From NCBI GenBank assembly GCA_045586265.1, contig JAZMZY010000091.1, forward strand, positions 5,921 through 69,920: 64,000 nucleotides of DNA, in the 5' to 3' direction. The notes below the pieces were generated by a model. The model ran no database searches. It saw only the letters and a program-made list of their open reading frames with translations, and was not told the origin of the DNA. Both the position numbers and the translations under genes were made by a program. The stretch comes from Acutalibacteraceae bacterium. GTDB taxonomy: Bacteria; Bacillota; Clostridia; Oscillospirales; Acutalibacteraceae. This document shows positions 8,116 through 17,370 of the stretch, piece by piece (the first letter of the stretch is position 1; each line of letters starts with the position of its first letter).

Positions 8116-10491
8116 TTAAACTAATTTCATAAACATATCAAGTATTCTCTTAGCGCAAAGCTCAAGGTCTGCTCTTGTTAAATCGCCCTTATCGAATGCA
8201 ACCTTAAGGTCTTCGGGGTAACCGCAGTGCATTTTCATATCGTTACCTGCCTTAACCTCTTTAACGGGGTCATTTTTTACGCCCCAGTCAGTAACTACCA
8301 TACCCTTGAAGCCCCATTCATCACGAAGAATGCCTGTGAGAAGCTCATAGCTTTCAGAGGTATGCTGACCGTTAATAAGGTTATATGAGCTCATAATTGT
8401 CCATGGGTCGCCCTCTTTAACGGCAATTTCAAAGCCTTTAAGGTAGATTTCACGAAGAGCTCTTTCAGAAAGTCTTGAATCACTTGCAAAACGGTTTGCT
8501 TCCTTATTGTTGCAAGCAAAATGCTTGATTGAAACTGCAACCTTCTGGGACTGAACCCCTCTTGTTACAGCACTTGCAAACTTACCTGCAATTAACGGGT
8601 CTTCTGAATAATATTCAAAGTTTCTTCCGCACATTGGGTCGCGGTGAATGTTAAGAGCAGGAGAAAGCCAAACACCAAGGTTATTTTCGCGGATTTCAGC
8701 ACCACCGCCAACGCCAACTTCAAATGCTAATTCGGGATTCCAGCTACAAGCAAGAAGAGTTGCACAGGGCCAGGCAGTTGTGGGAATACCTGTTTCTGTA
8801 TTAAGTCTTAAGCCTGCAGGACCGTCTGCAGTAGGTACTGCAGGAACAGAAAGCCTTTCAACACCACCGAAGCAACCTGTGTTACAAACACCTGTTGGGC
8901 CGTGACCACCTACAAAGTCCATAAGCTCTCCATCAGTAAATTGCTTAACAAATTCATCAAGGGTAATCTCTTCCCCTACTTTATCAAAGGGAACTACTGC
9001 TTCGGGAGCTTTTGCATCTGTTGGCTCATTGATGCCGTAAAGATAAGTTTCTTCACCCCGGGGAAGCTCTTCATAAGTTCCGTCTGCTAACATTCTTTTT
9101 GCCAGCTTAAAGGGCTTGCACCAATCGGAAAGCTGTTCTACAACAGTATTTTCTTCGACTATGTATTCATAAGCAAGCTTCTCTGCATCTCTTACAGATG
9201 TGCCAAGGTAGAAATTATATATACCCTCTTCAAGCACGTATGCGGATTTCTGCACCTTGCCCAAATCATCAAAGCTTGCCATATCGTTGATATTAAAGCT
9301 CATAACAAGAGTTTCTGCTTCGTTGGGAGCAAGAAGCTTTGTTTTCTTGAAAGCACAAAGCTCTCTTGAGGGTTTACCTAAAAGACCCTGAGGTGCACTG
9401 TAATAAAGCTGAACAACCTCTTTACCTGTCACATCGCCGATGTTCTTAACATTAACAATTGCAACAATATTGCCGTCGCTTTCGCAACAAACCTTACTGC
9501 TCAAATCAAATTTTGTATAGGAAAGACCGAAACCGAAGGGATAACGGACATTTTCTTTTGCACCGGGAATTGTTTCAAAATATCTGTAACCCACATAAAT
9601 ATCATCGGAATAATCAACATGGTCGAAGCATTCCCAGAAATCCTCTTTACAAGGGTAGCAATCGTAGGATTTGGCAATAGTATCAACCATTTTACCTGAG
9701 GGGTTCACATCACCGCAAAGAAGGTCTGCAATAGCTAAACCACCTTCCATACCACCTTGCCAACCAAAGAGAATGCCCTGAACCTTTTCATTTTCTGCAA
9801 AGTATTCGCAGTCAATTGTTGCACCTGAGTTGATTATAACAACAACCTTTTTGAAAAGCTTTACTAATTTATCAAGAAGGTCTTTTTCCAAATCTGAAAG
9901 GTAATAGTCATTACCCTGAGGACGTCTGTCAACACCCTCTGCAGAGAAACGGCTTATTGTAAAAATTGCAGTATCTGCCCATTCTGCAGAAGCTTCAATA
10001 AGAGAATCAGGAACCTCTGCCTCAACCACATGCATAGCTGCAAAGGTATCGTAGGTCATATCGTCACGCTCTGTGCAGAATTCCATATTATTAACAATAT
10101 CCCAACGAGCATTAATCTGCTCTTCTGTGAGAACATTAACGCTTTCTTTTTTTACATATTCCTTATAGAAATCAACAAGGGGCATATAAACAGATACTTT
10201 ATTTTCACTTTCTTTCTGTTCAAATCCTTCAAAAATGTTGCGGATATATGGGCAGTTAACATCACCGCTACCGCCACCGCCTTTGATATATTCAATTGTT
10301 GCTTTGCCGAAAAGGGCGATTTTCTCGCCTTTTTTAAGGGGCAAGGCATTATTTTCATTTTTAAGAAGAACCATACCCTCTGTTGCAGCCTTGCGAGAGA
10401 GGTCAATGTGCTTTTTAGAAGCAGTAACACATCTGCCATCCTCACCTAAAGGTAAACAGGGTTGGTATCTGAATCGAGCATATTTGTCCAT
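8116..10491 (-). CDS. Glycoside hydrolase family 3 beta-glucosidase with permuted domain order
   Basis: The nucleophile-type motif GFKGMVVTDWG is about 55 aa from the C-terminus. The N-terminus (EGMVLLKNENNALPLKKGEKIALFG) looks like the GH3 alpha/beta sandwich, with an Fn3-like segment (VVQLYYSAPQG) in the middle. ATG at 10491 is preferred; an in-frame TTG lies at 10506. Confidence 0.9.
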   Translation of the reverse strand: MDKYARFRYQPCLPLGEDGRCVTASKKHIDLSRKAATEGMVLLKNENNALPLKKGEKIALFGKATIEYIKGGGGSGDVNCPYIRNIFEGFEQKESENKVSVYMPLVDFYKEYVKKESVNVLTEEQINARWDIVNNMEFCTERDDMTYDTFAAMHVVEAEVPDSLIEASAEWADTAIFTISRFSAEGVDRRPQGNDYYLSDLEKDLLDKLVKLFKKVVVIINSGATIDCEYFAENEKVQGILFGWQGGMEGGLAIADLLCGDVNPSGKMVDTIAKSYDCYPCKEDFWECFDHVDYSDDIYVGYRYFETIPGAKENVRYPFGFGLSYTKFDLSSKVCCESDGNIVAIVNVKNIGDVTGKEVVQLYYSAPQGLLGKPSRELCAFKKTKLLAPNEAETLVMSFNINDMASFDDLGKVQKSAYVLEEGIYNFYLGTSVRDAEKLAYEYIVEENTVVEQLSDWCKPFKLAKRMLADGTYEELPRGEETYLYGINEPTDAKAPEAVVPFDKVGEEITLDEFVKQFTDGELMDFVGGHGPTGVCNTGCFGGVERLSVPAVPTADGPAGLRLNTETGIPTTAWPCATLLACSWNPELAFEVGVGGGAEIRENNLGVWLSPALNIHRDPMCGRNFEYYSEDPLIAGKFASAVTRGVQSQKVAVSIKHFACNNKEANRFASDSRLSERALREIYLKGFEIAVKEGDPWTIMSSYNLINGQHTSESYELLTGILRDEWGFKGMVVTDWGVKNDPVKEVKAGNDMKMHCGYPEDLKVAFDKGDLTRADLELCAKRILDMFMKLV

Positions 10492-10646
10492 AATTTTCCC
10501 GTCCAATCTTGTGATAGTTTTAATTAGTTTAATTATATTACATTTAGAAAAACAGTCAAGGTTATTTTATCTAAAACAAGAAAATCCCCGACAGAACAAA
10601 ACGAACTGTCGAGAAAGTTTTTTAAATAAAATCGATTGTATCACTA

Positions 10647-11684
10647 TTAAAACAAATCTAAAAATTTGAATAACAAGGAAAAAATCCAAATCATAACACA
10701 GGAAACTACAATAACGCTAACGAATGCAAGTATCTTTGCGAATTTATTATCTTTATCATCGTTATCTTTAGTTTTAATTTGCTTTGTTCTTACAATATCT
10801 GATAAATTAAGAAACTCAATATTTATGTGACCATATATACCCATTGATATAATGTTAAGATACAATACAAAATATCCAACAAACACGTCATATATTTTGT
10901 TATTATCAAACTTTTCGTTAAGTAACATTAAATTTTCAATATAGTTATACATACTACTTGTGCCATTTGCCACCCACATACCCAAAAACAGAAGTGGCAA
11001 ACCGATCCCCAATATACCAACCAATTGTAACAAGTACTCAGAACAATCTTTTTTTTGAATTATATAAAACAATAAGGCAAAGGCAAGAGAAATTATATGT
11101 AATCCTATGGTATTGTTATTGTTGAAGTCGTATTTATAAAAAACAATGCTATCAAGAACTGCGCACAAAATAAATACTGTCCAATAATAAAAATGATAAC
11201 TTAAATCCTTACTGTTTACCGTTTTAATATTTTTAATTAATCCTGTAAAAAACTTATGATAAAACACACCTAAAAAAATCAGTAAAGCTATTAAAAAAAC
11301 TGAATACAAAGTATTTACTTTTATAAACACTATATTAAATAAACACAGCAAAGTTTTCACAATGGCAAAGAAAGCAAAAAACATAGGCATAAATTTAGCT
11401 TCATTAACAAACTTATCCTCTTTTGCTTCAATTTTGTTTCTGTAATAAACCTCATACGGTGGGAGCTTTTCTTCATTGGGAGCCTCTGAAAGTAAATCTG
11501 AATAGGTTATACCAAAGCATTGAGCTATCGCCTGAAGAGTTTTTACTCTCGGCATAGCCTCCCCTGTTTCCCATTTAGATACTGCTTTATTGGAAACCCC
11601 AAGATACATAGCCAATTGTTTTTGCGTAAGGTTATTTTGAGATCTCAAATCATATAACCTGTTGCCAAAAGTAAATTTATCCAC
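10647..11684 (-). CDS. Membrane-tethered XRE-family HTH regulator (polytopic)
   Basis: GTG start at 11684, 8 nt after AAAGGAG, giving VDKFTFGNRLYDLRSQNNLTQKQLAMYLGVSNKAVSKWETGEAMP. About 7 TM helices follow. Confidence 0.75.
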   Translation of the reverse strand: MDKFTFGNRLYDLRSQNNLTQKQLAMYLGVSNKAVSKWETGEAMPRVKTLQAIAQCFGITYSDLLSEAPNEEKLPPYEVYYRNKIEAKEDKFVNEAKFMPMFFAFFAIVKTLLCLFNIVFIKVNTLYSVFLIALLIFLGVFYHKFFTGLIKNIKTVNSKDLSYHFYYWTVFILCAVLDSIVFYKYDFNNNNTIGLHIISLAFALLFYIIQKKDCSEYLLQLVGILGIGLPLLFLGMWVANGTSSMYNYIENLMLLNEKFDNNKIYDVFVGYFVLYLNIISMGIYGHINIEFLNLSDIVRTKQIKTKDNDDKDNKFAKILAFVSVIVVSCVMIWIFSLLFKFLDLF

Positions 11685-11822
11685 AAAATCACTCCTTTCA
11701 ACCAAATTATAAGATTTTAATAGTCTATTTTCAATTCCATCAGACAAATTAACAGTCGAAATAAAGTAGAACTTTTTTAAAGATAAAAAATTATTGACAG
11801 AAATATTGTTATATGCTATTTT

Positions 11823-11858
11823 ATACATAGAAACTCTATGTATCGTAATTCTATGTAT
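11823..11858 (+). promoter_or_regulatory. Candidate PadR operator: a palindrome plus an extra direct half-site
   Basis: ATACATAG-AAACT-CTATGTAT is a perfect 8/8 inverted repeat at 11823-11843. A third CTATGTAT copy lies at 11851-11858, directly upstream of the padR SD GGAGGAG. Confidence 0.4.
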
Positions 11859-11871
11859 CGGAGGAGTTATT

Positions 11872-12219
11872 ATGAATATAAAAAAAGAACTTACAAAAGG
11901 CAGCAGTGCGTTACTTGTTTTATCAGTTTTAGAAAACGAAGAAATGTACGGCTATCAGATTATCAAAGAAATCGAAAAAAGAAGCGAGGATGTTTTTTCT
12001 TTCAAAGAGGGCACCCTCTACCCTATTCTACACGCTTTTGAAAAGGATAACTATGTTGAATCCTATTGGCAAGAAAGCAATCAAGGAAGAAAGAGAAAAT
12101 ATTACAGAATTACCGACAAAGGCAGAAAGCTTCTTGTTAAATCGAAGGAAGAATGGGATGCTTATTCAACCGCTGTAAAGAAGGTTATAAAACCACAGAC
12201 TTCCCCTGTTACTACTTGA
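11872..12219 (+). CDS. PadR-family transcriptional regulator
   Basis: 115 aa from MNIKKELTKGSSALLVLSVLENEEMYGYQIIKEIEKRSEDVFSFKEGTLYPILHAFEKDNYVESYW...RKYYRITDKGRKLL. Confidence 0.9.
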   Translation: MNIKKELTKGSSALLVLSVLENEEMYGYQIIKEIEKRSEDVFSFKEGTLYPILHAFEKDNYVESYWQESNQGRKRKYYRITDKGRKLLVKSKEEWDAYSTAVKKVIKPQTSPVTT

Positions 12220-12233
12220 TTTGAGGTGGTTTT

Positions 12234-13274
12234 ATGGAAAAACGAATTCAAGAATTTATTGCGGATTACATACCCAAACGCATAACAAAAGAAACAAGGT
12301 ACAAGCTCCAATATGAGCTTGAAAGCCATATATACGACAGATTAGATTATTACAAGGAAATCGGTTATTCAGAAGAAGAGAGTCTTGAAAAAGCATTAAA
12401 GGATTTTGGTGATGATAAGGAAACTAAGGAACAGATAAAAAAGGAATTGGGTGAAATTCACAAACCCGATACATTGGCAGACTTATTTACGTTTGGAATC
12501 CCTTTTGTTGTTATTTTAACGTTATCTTTCTATATTTTTTCCCCTGCGCTATACAGAACACATGAGGTTAAATACCTTGCTATAGTACCAATGCTTATGT
12601 GGGTTGTTATGCTTTTTTTTAAACACTCAAAAAAAGTACACCATATTTTAAAAAACATTATTGCATTTATTTTGGTCGTGCCATACATTACAGTTGTATT
12701 TCCTGCATTTTATATTTGTCAAACCACCTTACATACAACGTTTGAAAAAAATCATAGCATAAAAAGTTATCTCAACTTTATGATTGATGAAGAAACGAAG
12801 GAAAGTTACAATTACTTGTTACCACATCCTGACGATATTGGAAAACCTATTGATGCAAATTGTTTTGTAGTTAACTTATACGCATCTATGAGCGACCCAA
12901 TTTATTATACCTGGATTTTTAGATACACACCCGAAGAATATATAGAGTTAAAAGAGAAATTCAACAAAGACTTCGAGTATATGAAAACTTATTCAGACTA
13001 TGATTGGGAAAAAGATATTAATATAACACGACAATGCAGTTTTACTGTATATGACTTCCATTTTAAAACAATTAAGGTTCCTGAATACGAATTCGGTAAT
13101 GAAACTACTGATAATTTTGATTACTGGGCATTAATCGGTACAAATGACGAAACTTGTGAAATCGCTTTTATATATCTTACTCCCGAACGATATTCGCCAA
13201 CTTTTGATGAAGCCTTCATAAAAGAAGATTGCTGTTGGAAATATTTTTACTATAAGCATTTAATCTATAATTGA
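12234..13274 (+). CDS. PadR-associated membrane protein, paralog 1 (N-terminal helical DUF1700/HAAS-like domain, TM segments, uncharacterised C-terminal domain)
   Basis: 346 aa starting MEKRIQEFIADYIPKRITKETRYKLQYELESHIYDRLDYYKEIGYSEEESLEKALKDFG. SD GAGGTGG. It is paralogous to the next gene. Confidence 0.75.
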   Translation: MEKRIQEFIADYIPKRITKETRYKLQYELESHIYDRLDYYKEIGYSEEESLEKALKDFGDDKETKEQIKKELGEIHKPDTLADLFTFGIPFVVILTLSFYIFSPALYRTHEVKYLAIVPMLMWVVMLFFKHSKKVHHILKNIIAFILVVPYITVVFPAFYICQTTLHTTFEKNHSIKSYLNFMIDEETKESYNYLLPHPDDIGKPIDANCFVVNLYASMSDPIYYTWIFRYTPEEYIELKEKFNKDFEYMKTYSDYDWEKDINITRQCSFTVYDFHFKTIKVPEYEFGNETTDNFDYWALIGTNDETCEIAFIYLTPERYSPTFDEAFIKEDCCWKYFYYKHLIYN

Positions 13275-13283
13275 GGAATATTT

Positions 13284-14303
13284 ATGGAAGAAAGAATTTC
13301 GGAATTTATTGCGGATTACCTACCCAAACGTATTACAAAGGAAACAAGATATAAGCTCCAATATGAACTTGAAAACCATATTTATGACAGAATTGATTAT
13401 TACAGAGAAATTGGTTACACCGAAGAAGAAAGCCTTGAAAAAGCACTAAAGGATTTTGGGAATGATGAGGAAACTAAGGAACAGATAAAAAAGGAATTAG
13501 AAAACATACATATCCCCTGGTCTTTGGCTAATTTTTTCGCTAAATCTATTCCGATAACTGTTGCAATAATTCTTATTGGCGGAACATTATTACATATTTT
13601 CTTATTTCAATTTGCCAACATAAGAAATATTGTAATAATACCATTTATTATGTGGTTAATAATAATCGCACTAAAAAGGTCTATAAAAATACATCACATA
13701 ATTAAATCTATCATTGCTGTTATTCTGGTTGTTCCACATTTTATATTTTCTCTGATTGGGAATTTTTTATGGCTCCCTACTTACCAATTAAAACCATTTA
13801 AAGAAAACGTTATCACATTTTATAGCGAATGTTGTGAAATTGATGAGTTAAGTAATTATTTACCGTCACCAAGCGAAATTGGCGAACCAATTGATGCAAA
13901 TTTTTTCTCAATAGGTGAAGATACAATTTTCGGTAATGACCAACGTTCAACCTGGGTTTTTAAATATTCACCATCAGAATATAAAGAACTAAAAAACAAG
14001 TTTAATAAAGACATAGAATATATGAAAACATATTCAGAACACGGTTATTTTATAGATGATGAATACCAAGATGAAGATATAACATATAAATGCGACTTTT
14101 CTTTATATAAATTTAATTTCAGAACCATAGAAAAAGTTTATGATGCTGATGAATTTTACGACAGTTGGTATTTAATCGGTACTAACGATGAGACACATGA
14201 GATTGCCTTTATTGTGTCAATGGACAGTTCCCCAACCTTTGATGATTATTTTATAAAAGAATCTTGTGGTTGGCGGTATTTCTACTTTTTAACAAAGCTC
14301 TGA
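13284..14303 (+). CDS. PadR-associated membrane protein, paralog 2
   Basis: 339 aa starting MEERISEFIADYLPKRITKETRYKLQYELENHIYDRIDYYREIGYTEEESLEKALKDFG. Same architecture as 12234-13274. Confidence 0.75.
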   Translation: MEERISEFIADYLPKRITKETRYKLQYELENHIYDRIDYYREIGYTEEESLEKALKDFGNDEETKEQIKKELENIHIPWSLANFFAKSIPITVAIILIGGTLLHIFLFQFANIRNIVIIPFIMWLIIIALKRSIKIHHIIKSIIAVILVVPHFIFSLIGNFLWLPTYQLKPFKENVITFYSECCEIDELSNYLPSPSEIGEPIDANFFSIGEDTIFGNDQRSTWVFKYSPSEYKELKNKFNKDIEYMKTYSEHGYFIDDEYQDEDITYKCDFSLYKFNFRTIEKVYDADEFYDSWYLIGTNDETHEIAFIVSMDSSPTFDDYFIKESCGWRYFYFLTKL

Positions 14304-14309
14304 TACAAC

Positions 14310-14349
14310 AAAACAACTGACTGTATTTTCGTACAGTCAGTTGTTTTTT
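14310..14349. terminator. Bidirectional intrinsic terminator
   Basis: Stem AACAACTGACTGTA/TACAGTCAGTTGTT with a 6 nt loop, an A-run upstream and a T-run downstream. It lies between convergent genes. Confidence 0.75.
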
Positions 14350-14764
14350 ACATTTCTTTCCTCATCCAAGCATGAGGCTTATTTTGCTCGTAATCTATTT
14401 CACCTTGTTGGGTGAAGCCACATTTTTCATAAAAAGGCTTTGCGTGGTATTGGGAATGAAGAATTATTGCTTTTCCGTTCTTTTCTTTAACAATTTCCTC
14501 TACCCTTTTAAGCATTTCTCTGCCAAGAGCTTTGCCTCTGTATTCCTTTAAAACACAAAGTCTGCCGAACATATAGGTTTCTTTGTCTTCTTTCAGATAA
14601 AACCTACAGGTTGCTATTGGCTTTTCATTTTCGTACATAACAAGGTGGGTTGCAACACTATCAAATTCGTCAACCTCATCAACAAAGCCCTGCTCATCAA
14701 CAAAAACAGTTATTCTCAAAGCCAAAGCATCTTTGGGAAGAGAATCAAAAGCTTTTATAATCAT
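14348..14764 (-). CDS. GNAT-family N-acetyltransferase
   Basis: 138 aa with CVLKEYRGKALGREMLKRVEE and HAKPFYEKCGF (acetyl-CoA binding motif region). Its ATG directly abuts the stop of the upstream gene (TAAATG). Confidence 0.85.
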   Translation of the reverse strand: MIIKAFDSLPKDALALRITVFVDEQGFVDEVDEFDSVATHLVMYENEKPIATCRFYLKEDKETYMFGRLCVLKEYRGKALGREMLKRVEEIVKEKNGKAIILHSQYHAKPFYEKCGFTQQGEIDYEQNKPHAWMRKEM

Positions 14765-17356
14765 TTAATCACCTTTTCCTAAAAGCAAATCAACAAGCTC
14801 CCCAACCTTTTGGGGTCTTGGTTTATTTATTTTGAAAAGCAAATCATCAATATTCTTTTCAACTGCATCAATTTCTCGTTTAAAATCCTGAGCAGATACA
14901 CGAAGAACACCAAAACGAACCGCAGAAAGCTGAATAAGATTATCTGATGTTACAACGCGCACATTCTCGTTTTTACCAATATCGCTTATAAGCTTCTCAA
15001 TATAGTTATCGCCAAGCTCTCTTTCTTTGGTATAAACTACATGAATATTGTTATAATTAAACCTTTGCCCATTGTTACCCGATACCTTATAGGCATCAAA
15101 AACAACAATTGTTTCGCATTTTGTGAAAGCGGAATAATTGCAAAGAATATCTAAAAGCTTATCACGGGCAAAACCTAAATTATCGTTTGCAATTTCCTTC
15201 AGCTCGTCCCAAGCAAAGATTACATTATAACCGTCAACAATAACATATTTCTTGCGGATTTCCGTATTATATTCCGTACTAACGGGCTTTGAAGGTGTTT
15301 TATTATGGCTATATCTGTAAAAGGGGTGCTTGTCCTCCCCGAATTCACGGGTCATTATAGCTTCAAGCTCTTTATCGTCTATATGGAAATTACGCTTATT
15401 GAGATTGACCTCGTAAGGTGTTTTTTCTTGCTCCAAACAAGAGTCAATGTGCATATATTCAAAAACCTTGTCCCATTTCACATTAAAGCCTGCACCGTGA
15501 GCGCAGAAAACTGAATCGGGAGTATTCTCCAAATCACTTTCGGGAGAATAATTTGAATTTTCAATTATTTCATCTGCATTATGACAAACATCATAACCGC
15601 ACACCTCAAGGAACAAACGACCTTTACCGCTTGTATAGGCTGCAACCTCGGAAGCATAGCCATTCAGAGTTGTAACAGGTGCTTTACCCGTTAAAATACT
15701 TATTCCGTTCATATCCTCGGGAGAATCAATTGTACCGTTTTTCATTCTTATATCATTGATGGCTCTACCAATTTGCTCCGTTGGAACTTCAAGGCGGAAG
15801 CTATAATAAGGCTCTAAGAGAACGGATTCAGCCTGCATAAGACCTTGTCTCACGGCTCTGTATGTAGATTGCCTGAAATCGCCACCCTCGGTATGCTTCA
15901 AATGGGCTCTGCCTGCGGCAAGAGTGATTTTAATGTCTGTTATCGGTGAACCTGTAAGGACGCCCAGATGCTCTTTCTCGCTTAAATGCCCCATAATCAA
16001 ATTCTGCCAATTGCGGCTTAATGAATCCTCGCTACACTTTGAGGATAACTGAATTCCGCTCCCTCTAGGCAATGGTTCAATTATTAAATGCACCTCTGCA
16101 TAGTGCCTTAAGGGTTCATAATGACCTACGCCCTCAACCTTGTTTTCAATTGTTTCCTTATAAAGCACCTTACCGCTGTCAATTTCAACATTAACATTAA
16201 ATCGTGTTAAAATAATACTTTTGAGAATTTCTGTTTGCACATCGCCCATTAAGGAAACATAAATTTCCTGCAAATATGTGTTCCAGGTAATATGCAACTG
16301 TGGGTCTTCAGCTTCAAGCTCTTTTAATTTCGGGAAAATGGTTTTCGGGTCGCAGTCCTTGGGAAGAACAATCCTATAATTCATAACAGGTTCTAAAAAC
16401 GCTTTTCCAAAGGATTTTTCGAAACCTAAGCCATCACCTGTATTAACTGAATTGAGTCCTGTAAGAGCGTATATACCGCCACTCCGGGCTTCTTCTACTG
16501 TTGTGAATTTTTCACCCGAATAAACTCTTATATTATTTACTTTTTCATTTTTATCATTTATAGCTACTGTATCTTTAACCTTTAAAGAACCACCGGTTAC
16601 TTTTATATGGGTGATTCTTTCACCCTTGGAATCGTGGGTTATTTTATAAACCTTTGCGCCAAATTCTACAGGAAAATTATTAACAGAAATATATTTTTCA
16701 AGACCACAAACAAACTCGTCAACTCCATCCCCTTTTAAGCCTGAGCCGAAATAACAAGGGGTGCATTTTCGGGCTTTAATAAGCTCTCTTATTTTCTCTT
16801 TTTCAATTAATCCACTTTCTAAATATGTTTCTAAAGCTTGTTCATCGCACATTGAAACATTTTCAAAGAAACAATCAGATTTGTCATTTGAAAAATCAAT
16901 GCAATTATCGGAACAAAGCTCTTTCAAATCTGCAATTAGCGCTTCCTTTGAAAGCCTTGCATAATCCATTTTTGTAACAAAAATAAAAGTTGGTATGTTA
17001 TATGCGCAAAGAAGCTTCCACAATGTTCTTGTGTGAGCCTGAACACCATCAGTACCACTTATAACAAGGATTGCATAGTCAAGGATTTTAAGGCTTCTTT
17101 CCGTTTCTGCAGAAAAGTCAACATGACCCGGTGTATCAAGAAGGTTAATCTCTAATTCCCCGATATTGAAAACCGACTGACCTGCAAAAATTGTAATGCC
17201 TCTTTCACGCTCAAGGGTATGGGTATCTAAAGCCGTGTCACCATTGTCAACACGACCTAATTTTCTTATTTTGCCCGATTTATAAAGGAGCGTTTCCGCA
17301 AGAGTTGTTTTACCTGCATCAACATGGGCAATGATACCAACTACAACCTTCTTCAT
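14765..17356 (-). CDS. Translational GTPase (TetM/EF-G-like) fused to a C-terminal Rae1/YacP-type NYN ribonuclease domain
   Basis: From MKKVVVGIIAHVDAGKTTLAETLLY the ORF carries DTPGH and TKMD and has EF-G-like length and colinearity. C-terminal KYVIVDGYNVIFAWDELK...VVFDAYKV...VVYTKERELGDNYIEKL...VRVVTSDNLIQ matches my recollection of B. subtilis YacP. The ORF-track start at 17392 lies inside the clpE terminator stem, so 17356 is preferred. Confidence 0.85.
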   Translation of the reverse strand: MKKVVVGIIAHVDAGKTTLAETLLYKSGKIRKLGRVDNGDTALDTHTLERERGITIFAGQSVFNIGELEINLLDTPGHVDFSAETERSLKILDYAILVISGTDGVQAHTRTLWKLLCAYNIPTFIFVTKMDYARLSKEALIADLKELCSDNCIDFSNDKSDCFFENVSMCDEQALETYLESGLIEKEKIRELIKARKCTPCYFGSGLKGDGVDEFVCGLEKYISVNNFPVEFGAKVYKITHDSKGERITHIKVTGGSLKVKDTVAINDKNEKVNNIRVYSGEKFTTVEEARSGGIYALTGLNSVNTGDGLGFEKSFGKAFLEPVMNYRIVLPKDCDPKTIFPKLKELEAEDPQLHITWNTYLQEIYVSLMGDVQTEILKSIILTRFNVNVEIDSGKVLYKETIENKVEGVGHYEPLRHYAEVHLIIEPLPRGSGIQLSSKCSEDSLSRNWQNLIMGHLSEKEHLGVLTGSPITDIKITLAAGRAHLKHTEGGDFRQSTYRAVRQGLMQAESVLLEPYYSFRLEVPTEQIGRAINDIRMKNGTIDSPEDMNGISILTGKAPVTTLNGYASEVAAYTSGKGRLFLEVCGYDVCHNADEIIENSNYSPESDLENTPDSVFCAHGAGFNVKWDKVFEYMHIDSCLEQEKTPYEVNLNKRNFHIDDKELEAIMTREFGEDKHPFYRYSHNKTPSKPVSTEYNTEIRKKYVIVDGYNVIFAWDELKEIANDNLGFARDKLLDILCNYSAFTKCETIVVFDAYKVSGNNGQRFNYNNIHVVYTKERELGDNYIEKLISDIGKNENVRVVTSDNLIQLSAVRFGVLRVSAQDFKREIDAVEKNIDDLLFKINKPRPQKVGELVDLLLGKGD

Positions 17357-17370
17357 ACAATACCCATTAA

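Noticed and set aside
10587-10613. A hairpin (CGACAG...CTGTCG) between the HTH-TM gene and the GH3 gene as a terminator.
   Set aside because: The stem has only about 6-8 bp with a mismatch, and the T-tract is interrupted. That is too weak to annotate, so co-transcription of the two genes remains possible.
14348-14764. The GNAT acetyltransferase downstream of the GTPase-NYN gene as a tRNA-acetylating toxin (TacT/AtaT-like).
   Set aside because: There is no small antitoxin gene adjacent, and the sequence looks like a generic ElaA/YjcF-type GNAT. Only the translational coupling is noted; no toxin claim is supported.
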